Part shown: positions 47,101 to 56,700 of the stretch, piece by piece
How positions within the stretch are numbered: the first letter of the stretch is position 1
How the letters are laid out: every line of letters begins with the position of its first letter
Virus record (IMG/VR): IMGVR_UViG_3300008954_000001
Length of the DNA stretch: 64,000 nt
Source: a virus
Lineage: Duplodnaviria; Caudoviricetes
Strand: one strand, 5' to 3'
The notes under the pieces: generated by a model
Database searches by the model: none
What the model was told of the DNA's origin: nothing
The model's input: only the letters and a program-made list of their open reading frames with translations
Made by a program: the position numbers and the translations under genes

Positions 47101-49188
47101 TTGCCAAGACTCTGCTTGGTCAATCTGATCCCCAACCAGCATGGCGATATAGGACACATCATCAATCTGAACCCCCGCCAAAAGACGGAGATCCTTCGTG
47201 TCGTGGAAAGCGATTGCAGGACCAAGCGTAAGTCGGTTGTTGACCGTTGTGGTCGCCACCGACTCAACTCGGCCAACCAAAGTAAATGCCGCCCCTACGG
47301 GGTTTGACTCGACCTTTTTGTACACGCCCGCAGCGAGATCGGAGGTCAGATCGGCATATCCGTCACTGGCATCTAATTGAAGAGTGGCGTTGCCTCGAAC
47401 TTCCCACCCTTGTTCGAGAGTGCCCTCGAACTTCCCACTTTGGGAATACTGAGCGTAGCTTTTCCTCGTTCGGTTGCCGTAAGGGTCGGCATTGAGAACC
47501 AACGCTGTCGGGCTGTTCAGGCTCGCCGTGTAGGTGTTATCGAACCCGATATGCCGATGAGAAACCCACTTAGGGCGCACTCGTGGTGGCTGTAATAGAG
47601 TAAGAGCAATCGGGAACCGCTCTCCTTCTTTAGAGCCGCCACCGAGGTTTTCTATCGCCAGCGTAGAACTTTGGACTTCGGGGTTCCGTCGATGATCCCA
47701 CTTGTTCAAAACCAGACCGGGGTGGTTCAACGAACGGAAAGACATTTGTGGTGTCTCGAACCAGAAGTAATCTGCCTCTACGACAATCTCCCCAACATTC
47801 ATTTTCGGTACTGGCGTTTCGAGATAAATGAAGCCCAAATATGGGTTCACATCTACAACCCCAACCTCAACACCATTAACTCGAACGGCCACGTCATTGA
47901 TACCAGCGGGAGTAGCATCCCCCCACCCTTTCGTAAGAGGGCCACGGTCAACGATAATCTTGTTTTTGACTTGATCCAAAAGACCGAAAAAGGTCGCCTT
48001 CGCCTCATGAACAAAGTTCCCGTCTTCCGAATACATTGTGTCGGAAGCCGTTAGAGACACATCCGATACAGAGATGGAGCCGCTTGTTTCGAGTTGGACT
48101 CCTGAAGCCCAAGAAGCGGGGGCTACCATATCCTCTACGGCGGCACTAAAGACGGGGTTGCCATCCAACAGGACCGCCACATGCCCTGTGAGAGAGTTTC
48201 GTAAGACTGTGACCTGTTCTACCGCTGTCCAATCGTAGGAGAAGACGTGATCGATTTCTGGCAAACTCTCGACCCGAACTCGCTTGGTCAGCCCATCTGT
48301 TTCCAGAGCCACTGAGAGCGTCCTATGGGCATCGCTGACACGGACAGCTAAAGAAGGTGCGTCCAGATCGGCAAACTTCACATCTGCTCGGAAAGCACTG
48401 TTCTCCCCCAACTGACCAACTGCTTCGGGATCAATGTAGAAAGACCACCCATAGGAATCGCCTTCGTTTGCTTCCATCAGGAAATGACTTCCCTCAAAGA
48501 GGGTGCTCATGCCCGATCCGAACTCGTCGGCAAAGTCAGGGAGGTCGTTTGGTCGGTATTGAATCGCCCGTGAGGGGCCTACTGTGAGTTCATAGGTGGC
48601 TTCGGTAAGCCCTCGGCAAAAGAGCTTGGTTTTCTTGCTCTTGTGTCCGACCCCTATCACTAAGGGTGTGACGGGGTACTCCGTAGAGATCACATAATGG
48701 TCAAGGTTGTCTTTGCCTTCCGCTAAAGGCTGATCAAATAAAACCGCAAGCTGGTTTCCCGGCTGCGGCTTTATTTTAATATCGAGTTCGTTCCCATGAG
48801 CTAAAAACAGACCTGAACTGGAACCCGCTCCGAGAGGGTAAGAGGGGTTGTTCTCTAAATCGTAAAAGCTCTTGCAAGTTAGGGTGTAGGGGCTGCCAAG
48901 CGTGGTTCCGCTATGCTTAATCTGTACGGTTTTCGGGTGATTGCCCTTTGGCCGAATCCCCTGAATAGTGGGGATTCGTCCGAAGTTGGATGTGATCTCC
49001 CAATTATCGGGGTCTAAAAAGGCTTTAGTGACCAGAACTGGCTCACTAAACGTGACTTCTAAGATCCGACCTGTCAGAGAAACGACAGAGACGACTTCGG
49101 GCCTCCCTGTGTCCAGAGACCCGTAGGGGTCGGAGCCATATGGCCCCGTTCCATATCCCTTACCATTCTTATGCGGATCACTACTCAT
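44167..49188 (-). CDS. Large virion protein (1673 aa) with Ig-like and LamG/ConA-like beta domains
   Basis: GYGTGPYGSDPYG N-terminal motif; Ig-like LEVTFSEPV and LAVLFDQPL; LamG-like HHYKVVV...LYVDGVEVA and VAVLLDGNPV. Confidence 0.55.
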   Translation of the reverse strand: MSSDPHKNGKGYGTGPYGSDPYGSLDTGRPEVVSVVSLTGRILEVTFSEPVLVTKAFLDPDNWEITSNFGRIPTIQGIRPKGNHPKTVQIKHSGTTLGSPYTLTCKSFYDLENNPSYPLGAGSSSGLFLAHGNELDIKIKPQPGNQLAVLFDQPLAEGKDNLDHYVISTEYPVTPLVIGVGHKSKKTKLFCRGLTEATYELTVGPSRAIQYRPNDLPDFADEFGSGMSTLFEGSHFLMEANEGDSYGWSFYIDPEAVGQLGENSAFRADVKFADLDAPSLAVRVSDAHRTLSVALETDGLTKRVRVESLPEIDHVFSYDWTAVEQVTVLRNSLTGHVAVLLDGNPVFSAAVEDMVAPASWASGVQLETSGSISVSDVSLTASDTMYSEDGNFVHEAKATFFGLLDQVKNKIIVDRGPLTKGWGDATPAGINDVAVRVNGVEVGVVDVNPYLGFIYLETPVPKMNVGEIVVEADYFWFETPQMSFRSLNHPGLVLNKWDHRRNPEVQSSTLAIENLGGGSKEGERFPIALTLLQPPRVRPKWVSHRHIGFDNTYTASLNSPTALVLNADPYGNRTRKSYAQYSQSGKFEGTLEQGWEVRGNATLQLDASDGYADLTSDLAAGVYKKVESNPVGAAFTLVGRVESVATTTVNNRLTLGPAIAFHDTKDLRLLAGVQIDDVSYIAMLVGDQIDQAESWQPVCTATATFLSGGRMEIQAADLPELFYVGLRVVVPDGSQTGHYTVTAIEKLSTGNYWLSVTPDFPADVKLWGGGFAEVYFEIPWQETRFNFHLVGRADNEPIGVAFTGAVSFSATVDIPSINAHVLYSAGTTPLDLTDQDGRGEILFGNLVAGGNSRWDFVRYLTVPDDYNITSIGHLEALTLHELPTEQTLWRATSAYGLAEPLIDDRLSLQAIGGPQKTGFEKLDALIPEMAGVEVSSVFKVESPTSWGDAGIRITGPNHDVMVCTIPYRGEYEPGESVLWSSIEPDAEPEMFIAASASLIGGQSLEDQGWQEQGEFEYLFEGLSINLSKAERVLGSFVNELPYEGVTSARVLEARLKFNYATFNDLDDAGIVLGMDVGDRSVALLFANGKLILTSDGVNYLAFAMFDWLDGQEHHYKVVVDTQAFVPKAILYVDGVEVAQANLADFDPSSTNVRAYLVGFGAPEWNLDLYSFHVRELPPPDLKRTLGIWKGGDPELLSSWETPRDSDGHVVEMGWDEEITTMVVIDPGWGASLMRPDLPPPDGYVGDGRTSRHDPTGAWATVEWEHLPILRTSISTIHFGMQNSGSLATSVWDNFRYRVYIQENEDRVPPRMAILNRWNVLSSGEYTGDITVENVRVKVRKDTLRLRDANIRAKRIFHVAVNGDQLANSSWTFDQTAQTITIQDLEFPNQSTAEVAFSPGRPITKTYLLNQPLKDGITKLNEGTPPYLLTQLGKLQRALAGEAPREDEIIDLISEDPDFASQDPTTLVEFSHESAYSSVDFFQVEDGNETGLISTLDDGIAPAKGLAEIDLQGRMFVEVAAPPPAYPFEQGGGAPGAFLTLGGGGDALSGTLGGGEVQGAVTWPSAPSRPTGKPSLVSVRTFWDLRTDAGTGSPPPFSEESFPQPIISSLEYEMLVGAGFSRLGPWGGIEALAPISMLNGGSLPSGMVLFGGASLPEPSHIRRSFNEGSGVWED

Positions 49189-49212
49189 ACAAAGCCTCTA
49201 AAGGCTGAGTAG

Positions 49213-49229
49213 AATAGCCTCACAACCGA
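49213..49229 (-). promoter_or_regulatory. Candidate late promoter TCGGT-N7-CTATT (preceded by CCGTTAG)
   Basis: Intergenic, 25 nt upstream of 49188. Confidence 0.55.
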
Positions 49230-49237
49230 CTAACGGA

Positions 49238-50212
49238 TTATAGGATCACCCACTTTGAAGAACCGTCACCACCCTCATCAGGATCACTGAATGAGGTACA
49301 AAGCAAGTGGACCGTAGCGTTATCTGAAAGCTCTACGGGGTCAGCAGACCCGTTGATCTCACCGCCAGCAACCGTGACTTCAACCATTCGACCAGTTTCC
49401 AAGCCATCATCTACGATGAAACAATGTCGGCCTACGGTGACTTCACCGCCCAAGGTGAGTTCAACAGCGCAAACTTCCGAACCGTCCCCTGCGAGTGACC
49501 AAGCTCCCATCAAGAACACAACCGTACCGTCCGACAAATCGATTGCTTTAGTAGTGCTGTCACATACTTCCGTTACGATTTCTTCTGGTGAACAAAGTGC
49601 GGCTTCGTGACCACCTTCTTCCACAGACGCTTGCATTGCGAAATGTGCGTCGGTAGCAGGCATGTAGTCTTCGTCTTCAGGTAATCCGTGCTCCGCTGAT
49701 GCGGGGATGAAAGTTAGGACTTCACCGCCCGCCAGACTTGAAGGGTCGGCTTCAACATCGGTAAGACCGTCTAAGGCAACGGGGTCTCCACCTGCGGGGG
49801 CATCTTGGGCTGACCAATCGCCAGCACCAGAACCGTCTCCACCTGCGGGATCCCAGACCCACTGAAGAATTTTGCCGTCAGCGGCTTCTTGGGCCGCAGC
49901 ATCCAAATCCGCCATCGGATCTTGGAGTGGCATCCCTTGGTTGATGGCATACCAACCAGCCCCGTCCAGGCCGTCGTGGTCGTAGCTAAGGATCAAACCA
50001 GTATCGGTAACATCTCCAAGAAGCGTGTAATGGGTGTCGGTGAGATTGATCATCTCCGAGACACCACCGCCGCCAGAGTCATCCGTGCCGGGTTGGAAAA
50101 CAATAATACCGTCGCCTATATCGACGGCTTTAAGAACTTGACCTTCAGTTGCCCCTTCGGGTTCAACGAGATCGAGGCGTTCTTGTAATGAACGAGTTAG
50201 AAAATGTGACAT
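49238..50212 (-). CDS. Acidic fibre-like protein (~324 aa) with LxDL/DV...G..L.[WYF] repeats
   Basis: About four repeats (LDLVE..EGQVLK; LTDT..TGLILSY; ADLD..DGKILQW; LTDVE..GGEVLTF). SD GAGGGG favours ATG 50212; the track's 50254 is an alternative. Confidence 0.55.
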   Translation of the reverse strand: MSHFLTRSLQERLDLVEPEGATEGQVLKAVDIGDGIIVFQPGTDDSGGGGVSEMINLTDTHYTLLGDVTDTGLILSYDHDGLDGAGWYAINQGMPLQDPMADLDAAAQEAADGKILQWVWDPAGGDGSGAGDWSAQDAPAGGDPVALDGLTDVEADPSSLAGGEVLTFIPASAEHGLPEDEDYMPATDAHFAMQASVEEGGHEAALCSPEEIVTEVCDSTTKAIDLSDGTVVFLMGAWSLAGDGSEVCAVELTLGGEVTVGRHCFIVDDGLETGRMVEVTVAGGEINGSADPVELSDNATVHLLCTSFSDPDEGGDGSSKWVIL

Positions 50213-50262
50213 TATTAGCCCCTCTGAGTATATGAAATTGGCATCAGGGGACATGCCCCTCT

Positions 50263-50279
50263 CATAGATAAGGGACCAA
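50263..50279 (-). promoter_or_regulatory. Candidate late promoter TTGGT-N7-CTATG
   Basis: Intergenic, 51 nt upstream of 50212. Confidence 0.4.
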
Positions 50280-50305
50280 ATATAGAAACTTGATTGACGA
50301 CTATT

Positions 50306-52222
50306 TTAGAAGATATACCATTCCAGCAAGCCATCCTCGGTCAAACCAGCAGAAATAATTTGCACCGCTGCACGATTTTTTAAGATCAAGTCGTTCGGGT
50401 TGCCATTAATTGTGGAAGTGTCCCCTTCCAGTGCCTTGGGCCGCACCAAAACCCGCCCCAAACCAGTTTCATCTGTAATGAAAAAGCGGCGACCTTCGGT
50501 AACTTCCTCCTCCAAGTGTGGCAAAACGACAACATGATCGGTATCTGTTTCGGTTTTCACACCAATATAGATATCTTCGGGTTGGCAAGTGTGGCTCCCT
50601 TCAACCACCGTGCGGGGAATGTTGTGTAGTCCAACCGCAGTAAGGGAACTAACCAGAACTTCTACGGCGGATAGCCGCACTTCAGCCTCGGCCAATGAGG
50701 TTTGGAGGGCCAAGATTTCAGCTTGCGCTGTGTTGAGTTCATTACCAAGAACAGTTTCGAGTGAGGTCAGGTCGTCATCAAAGGCGAGCTTGTTTTCGTC
50801 AACATGCACCCGACCCGCCACATCAGACCAAACAGAGGGTTCGGTGTTTACGGGTGGTTGGGCTTCTTGATGGGTCAGTCGAACAGCCCCATCAATAACG
50901 ATGTTCCCCGTCTCCACATGCTCTGGCATTTCAACGGAAGAGACACGCAAACTCGGTACGCCCATTGTGGGGTCGTAGCTGTACTGACCCGTAAGCTCCG
51001 AATGGAGGATATGTGTTTCCCCTCCCAATTCTGGATTGAGAGTTGAAGGGTCAACCAAAAGAGAGGTGGTTGTTGAAATGAGCTTGGAGTTCGAGACGGA
51101 TAGGGTTCCTGATGAGTGGATCGCCGCCCCGTCTACATGAAGGGAAGTGATTGTGGATCGCCGCACATTAGCTGTGGCGGCCCCGTCAAAAATATGAATC
51201 CCTTCCGCACCATCAATCGTACAGTTGTCTACGAAGACTTCGCCGCTCCCATGAACAGCCAACGCACACCGACCGGCATTAGCATCTGCGATATTAGTTA
51301 GGGTAGTGCCTTGAAGGGTTGCTGTACCCCCCAAAACTTCTACGCACGGCCCTTGTGAAGCCCCGTTTGCATAACGAACCACATGACATTGGATAAGGTT
51401 TACGGGGCCATCTATGGAGAGGAACCCTTCTTCCATCGCCACATCTTCAGAGTAAAATGTGATTCCGTGGAACCATCCGCCCGCTAACTGGTGCATTTCT
51501 CCTTCGGCGGTGTTTTCAATTTTCACCACACCTTTTGAAGGCATCCCGATTAGATTGATCCCTACAGGAACATTCAAATCCTCAACATATCGGCCAGGTC
51601 GGAGCACAATCGTCCAAGTGTTGTCGATGTCTGCACCAATACCGCCAACACCGCCCGCAACAGCGAAATCCACGGCCTCTTGAATACTATAGAAATCAGC
51701 GTGGCCTTCGGCGGTTTCGGTGTTCTGATCGTTTTCGCTATCTTTCCCACGGTTTGCGTCTACATAAAGAAGCCGCCCACTGGCCGAAAGCCGTGACACA
51801 TGGGCCAGCAATTCCCTCAAGTTGTGGTTTTGATCTAAAGCCCAACCCGCACCCGTCGCATCAGAAGGGATCGTTGAGTCCCCCATCTGTTCGCCACCAG
51901 CGACTAACTTGAGAGATCCAAACTTTGTGAGTGACCGTAAGCGCAAATACTGCTGATCTTCGGCTTCCGTGCCGGGATCTACCACCAAGCGAATAAGGTA
52001 CGGACCTTCGTTGTCTACCGTAAACTCACAGTAGTTATCAGCGACCGTCAGTTCGGCTTCTGACTCGTTCGGGGTGTAGGCAAGCTCCCAAGAGTATTCA
52101 AATAGAGCGGCATCGTCAGACGTACAACGAACCACATCCCCCGTGCGTAAATCATCTCGACTACTACCAAGGGTTGCTGTCGTTTCATCCCCATTCAACA
52201 TTGTCTGAATATTAGCTGCCAT
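50306..52222 (-). CDS. Tail fibre/spike protein (638 aa): Ig/PKD-like domain, pectin-lyase-like beta-helix, coiled coil, C-terminal beta domain
   Basis: YSWEL...F.VD.EGPYLIRLVV (PKD-like); FYSIQEAVD...IVLRPGRYVEDL.V..GINLIG (beta-helix cap) followed by N/C/S-ladder repeats; heptads LTSLETVL...LQTSLAEAEVRL; VVLP...GRRFFITDE.G...TING. Confidence 0.65.
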   Translation of the reverse strand: MAANIQTMLNGDETTATLGSSRDDLRTGDVVRCTSDDAALFEYSWELAYTPNESEAELTVADNYCEFTVDNEGPYLIRLVVDPGTEAEDQQYLRLRSLTKFGSLKLVAGGEQMGDSTIPSDATGAGWALDQNHNLRELLAHVSRLSASGRLLYVDANRGKDSENDQNTETAEGHADFYSIQEAVDFAVAGGVGGIGADIDNTWTIVLRPGRYVEDLNVPVGINLIGMPSKGVVKIENTAEGEMHQLAGGWFHGITFYSEDVAMEEGFLSIDGPVNLIQCHVVRYANGASQGPCVEVLGGTATLQGTTLTNIADANAGRCALAVHGSGEVFVDNCTIDGAEGIHIFDGAATANVRRSTITSLHVDGAAIHSSGTLSVSNSKLISTTTSLLVDPSTLNPELGGETHILHSELTGQYSYDPTMGVPSLRVSSVEMPEHVETGNIVIDGAVRLTHQEAQPPVNTEPSVWSDVAGRVHVDENKLAFDDDLTSLETVLGNELNTAQAEILALQTSLAEAEVRLSAVEVLVSSLTAVGLHNIPRTVVEGSHTCQPEDIYIGVKTETDTDHVVVLPHLEEEVTEGRRFFITDETGLGRVLVRPKALEGDTSTINGNPNDLILKNRAAVQIISAGLTEDGLLEWYIF

Positions 52223-52234
52223 CTCTCCGCTCCA

Positions 52235-53755
52235 CTACAGATAAAATTGATCTGATACGTTCTCAGACTCTACACGTTTGGGAAGGGTAGCTCCGAGCCG
52301 ATCCACCCCCACTTCGTAGTCCTGAACATCAACTTGGTAAGGCATCCACGGACGGATTTCGAGAATCGATTGAGCGATCTGAAGCTCATGCGACTCCCAC
52401 GGCCCCTTTCCTGGCAAGCCGCCTTTGATCCCAAGCACCATCTCAATCCGATATTGGCCTTTATTTGGACCCTCTAAAAACTCGAAAATCTCATCCTCAA
52501 CAATCGTACCCAAGTCCACATTTTCGCTGGTCCCAAGGTATTCCATCGACTGATCTTGCACTTTCCCATCCGTCACCACAGCGAAACCGACCAGCCCAGT
52601 TGGGATGGTTTTATAGGCTCGACCAACACTATCTGTAGGATAGGGAAGCCTATGGACCTCCTTCACGGCATACTTGCCCTTGTTGGGGCCAGATGAGATT
52701 TCTATGGGTGACCCTGGCAAAACGCTGAGAAAGTCCTTGTGGGGGTCAATTAGAAAACCTTTATTAGTTTCGGAGGTTTTAGCCTCTCCAGTGATGCTTT
52801 TCGCACCTCTCCAATTCTTGCGTAAATCTTCATACTTCCATGAGAAATAATCCCATGTCGGGTCGTCCTGAAAGACTTCTCCAAAGAACTCCACGAACAT
52901 ATGCCGATACTGGTACAGCAGATGGGCGGGCTTTAGGGCTTTCAGGATCAGTTTAATGTTGTGCTGAAGAATAAACGGGGCTTCGGGAAACTCTTGAACA
53001 TAGTCGTGGGTGTGTTCAGTACGGTCAGCGGCCACATACGGTTGGATCACGAAATCCGTAACGGTGTGGCAATGGTAATCCTCCGACCCATCTGAAGAAT
53101 AAACCCCATAGGTTTTGCCGTTCCCTTCCGAATTCACTCGGATACGGTGCCAGTGGTCGTCCTCTTGCCCTGTGTGTTTGAGAGCAACCGCATTGACCTC
53201 GATTTCAAACTGATCTTCTAAACCGACCCCCGACCCTGGTTTCCGCTCAAAGGCTACGGTTTCGACAATATCCACACCAAGATCCGCTAAGAGGCCAACA
53301 CCTTCTTCCACAGGATCTTTTCGGGAACCTTCCAGCAACAGAACAACCATCTCTCGGAGAAAGTCTCGCATGGAGATATCTCCATCGAGTTCAATCAATT
53401 CTGAATGTGGACGCATAGAATCGGGGAAAACCACCCGACCAAGGATCTGATAAAGAAATTCGGACCTCGTAAGGTCGAACTTCATATCATCCACATTTAG
53501 CTCCATCTCAACTTGGAATTCCGCAAGCTGTTTGGCTATGGCCCTAAAAAGATTGGAGTACAGCGGTCCCTGAACCTGTGAAACATAGTTTGATGGCAAG
53601 CGTTTCAGGAACAGCCGCATAATGGCATCCTCAATCGCCCGCCTTCTTACGTTTGAGGTTTGGCCCTCTGGTGTAATTTGAGCGGGGTTTTCAACCCTGC
53701 TCAAAAGACGATTTCCTACATACCGAGGCTTCTTTTTGTCATCATCGTAAGCCAT
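52235..53755 (-). CDS. Baseplate wedge subunit, P2 gpI/T4 gp7-like position (506 aa)
   Basis: Directly downstream of the J-like gene. N-terminal LP..Y...LY..LFRAIA.QL...FLYQILG pattern as in tail protein I. Contains a His-rich insert. Confidence 0.5.
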   Translation of the reverse strand: MAYDDDKKKPRYVGNRLLSRVENPAQITPEGQTSNVRRRAIEDAIMRLFLKRLPSNYVSQVQGPLYSNLFRAIAKQLAEFQVEMELNVDDMKFDLTRSEFLYQILGRVVFPDSMRPHSELIELDGDISMRDFLREMVVLLLEGSRKDPVEEGVGLLADLGVDIVETVAFERKPGSGVGLEDQFEIEVNAVALKHTGQEDDHWHRIRVNSEGNGKTYGVYSSDGSEDYHCHTVTDFVIQPYVAADRTEHTHDYVQEFPEAPFILQHNIKLILKALKPAHLLYQYRHMFVEFFGEVFQDDPTWDYFSWKYEDLRKNWRGAKSITGEAKTSETNKGFLIDPHKDFLSVLPGSPIEISSGPNKGKYAVKEVHRLPYPTDSVGRAYKTIPTGLVGFAVVTDGKVQDQSMEYLGTSENVDLGTIVEDEIFEFLEGPNKGQYRIEMVLGIKGGLPGKGPWESHELQIAQSILEIRPWMPYQVDVQDYEVGVDRLGATLPKRVESENVSDQFYL

Positions 53756-56700
53756 TAGTAGCTCCTACCTCGATAAGACACGTCTGTGGGCTGATCCTCG
53801 TCAAATGACAGAGTGATCTCACCAATCTCGAAATAAGAGGACGGACTACACTGCAAATCCGAAACACCGCTATCCCCTGCACTTGCATAGGTAGCGGTGA
53901 AGGAATGGTCTAAAGGAGAAGCCCCTACGGGTAAGCTGATCAGGATCTTATTGCCCGTAAGCTCTTTGCGACGGGCTGCGATTTCTTCATCGGTCACATA
54001 GCCTTGCGCTCGAATCGTCACATCGTCCGAATAGTTCGGGATCGGGAGGCCGTTTTCGCCAATGATATAAGACTGATCTACTTGACCCCCAATAAGTTGA
54101 GGGAACACATCAATTAGGTCCGTTGAAAAACCGTCCTTCTCAATCATCCTATAAACGCCATACTCTGCCCCACCTCCCACAGTGGTCGTGTGGTTCAAAG
54201 TCTCGTGGAGAAGGAATACGCTTGCCCCCCCAGTTGACCAATCAAGAAGAAGGGAATGGTCGCCCGCTTGGTCGGAAGCCAAGCTCTCTTGGATAACGTA
54301 GGAGCCGTCCGATAAGGTCATCTTCGTCATTGGTAAAACGACATAAGAGACACCTGCCGCACTATCAATCGCCTCTACAACATCAGATTGACGGATAGGG
54401 TCGCCCATTTGCAGCCCCGCAAACAGGGTTGCCAGCGAGTACCTAACAGATGCGTCTACGGTCGATGCCGCTTGCCCTCTTGTCGTAACTACCGTGGCCG
54501 AAATGTCTACTTGGATTGGGATCGATTCTTTGATCAAGACATCGGCGGCGAGATGTTTCATCCCATCGATAGTCTCTTGGGTAGTCGCAACGATTAGGTT
54601 GCTTGTGTATTTCACCGTAAAGTTCTCATCGTGCTTATAGCTGATGAGAACGGTGTCTCCATCCCCGATTTCTTGTCCTTCAATACGCTTGATCGCTATG
54701 GGAGTGGTTTGATCCCCTTCTATGATTGTGTAGTCGAAAACCCCAGACGGATCATAAGGGCCTCGGTATTCGGTCGCCCCGTCCTCAGATGTGACTTTAA
54801 TGGTTAGATTGATCCCACCAAGGTTCGAGAGGTATTCGATATACTCCCCGACCAAAACATGAGACTCATCCTCCACCTCAATCAGTTCGCCCGTGGGTAC
54901 AACAACATCTTCGCTGGCTTCCACAGGGGCAGTGACTTGAACGTAGTCCCCCGCTTCGGCAGAGAACCCCAAAGTAGTTGGGGGAGTCGCACGAGTAAGG
55001 GTGTACACACTGGGATCAAGCTCACCCGCAACTGTGCCCGTCATCGAAAGGATATCAGACACCGGCTGCCGCCCGAAAACATAGGCGGAACCCGTTCGGT
55101 AGCGATAATCCCCCAACACCACATCCCCGAAATCGACCGATGGCTGGTCAATATCTGTCGAAAGCGTGATGACGTTGTACGAAGAGATTTCTACATCAGT
55201 GAGGTCGAAGTATTCCCCCGTGGAAGCGTTTACTAACCCCAACTTAGGAACTTCATAGTTCAGCATTTCCATAAGCGGATTCTCAAGGGACAGATTGTCG
55301 TCAAGAACACGGAATGTCAGACTGTCTAAATGGACCAATTCAAACTGAACGTCCTGTTTCGTCTCGAAAGTGAACGCAAAAGTATCTGCTATGTTGGTGT
55401 CTGTGGTCCCTCGGACCCACACATCCACCTTTCCTCCCAAATGTTTATTGTAATCGGGATCAAAGTCCCGCCTCATCAGGTCATCCCCCGCAGCCACGCA
55501 AAGGGCTTCTTGCACCCCTGCGATTGAAGCAACCGCTTGGTAGTAGCCTCGTTTTGTGCCTGTATCGATTGAGGCTATTTTTACGAGAGTTCGATTTGCC
55601 AGAACACCATTTGATTCGCCCGAAGCCCCCCCATAAGTGGGGGCATCATTAGTCACAGAAAGCCCTTGGATTGGAGTGGTGCTAAGTTCACCGGAATTTA
55701 GGTTCCCGCCCTCTCCGGTATTCAAAGCGACGACCCCCACCTTGACGGAATACCGCTTAGTGGTGGGGTCGTAGTACGAAGAGGCATCCTCATAAGGGAT
55801 AGAAGCGGAAGATGTTGTTAAAAAGGTTGTAGAACCCCCCTTCACTCTTGATCCCAATGGGATGAATAGGGTTGTGAGCACTTCAGATGTATAAAAAGTG
55901 GCTTCGCCCCTTGCTTTCAACCCGCTCCTTCGAGCGACCCCATAATTTGCTGCCATCTTATCAAAACACCCGTCGATCAGCGGCTGCACTGCTTCGGGCG
56001 ATCCGAAATGGAAAGCGTTTGCTAATGCGGTTTTATATGGGGACTCCGACGCTTGGATGCTGGAACCAACTCCAAAAGGGTCATCGATTTCCAGCAAGGT
56101 ATGAAAAGACGAGGATCGGTGAAGAAAGTCCACCAACATTCGGATTCGTTGAGCTTCGCTAATGTAGGGGTCAACAATCACATCCCGCAAAATGGTCCCC
56201 GGATGAAAAGAGACATCTGGGTTCGCTAAATAGATGTTCGCCGCCACATCAGACAGAAGCATCTCTTTAGTGACGGTGGGGATAAGTCCTGATTGAGCAA
56301 GAACGGGCTGTGGTTTGGCTTCCACTTCAACGGAATATGCGGACTCATATTCAACCCCGTTCGGGTCCATATAGACCGATGTCGCCACATAATAGAGAGG
56401 ATCAGCATCTTCCGTAGCGAGAAAGTCATTGTTAGAAATCGTTGCGGGCGTGTTGTTTGGGCCGCCTGTGCGGGAATGGGCAAAAGAGTAGTTATTCGTT
56501 CGTGTGTACTTCTCCACTTTCATCTGCAACCGCAGCTTATCCATGAGGTCGTCTACAACCATGACCTCATCCACTTCTCGTGAAATCACCTCTTGTGTTC
56601 CAAAATCTGCTTGTTGTGCGATGATTTGAAGCACCTGAGGAGACTTCAAAAGATTTCCGTCCTCATCTCGTGTGACTTCCATGTCCACATCCATTGAGGC

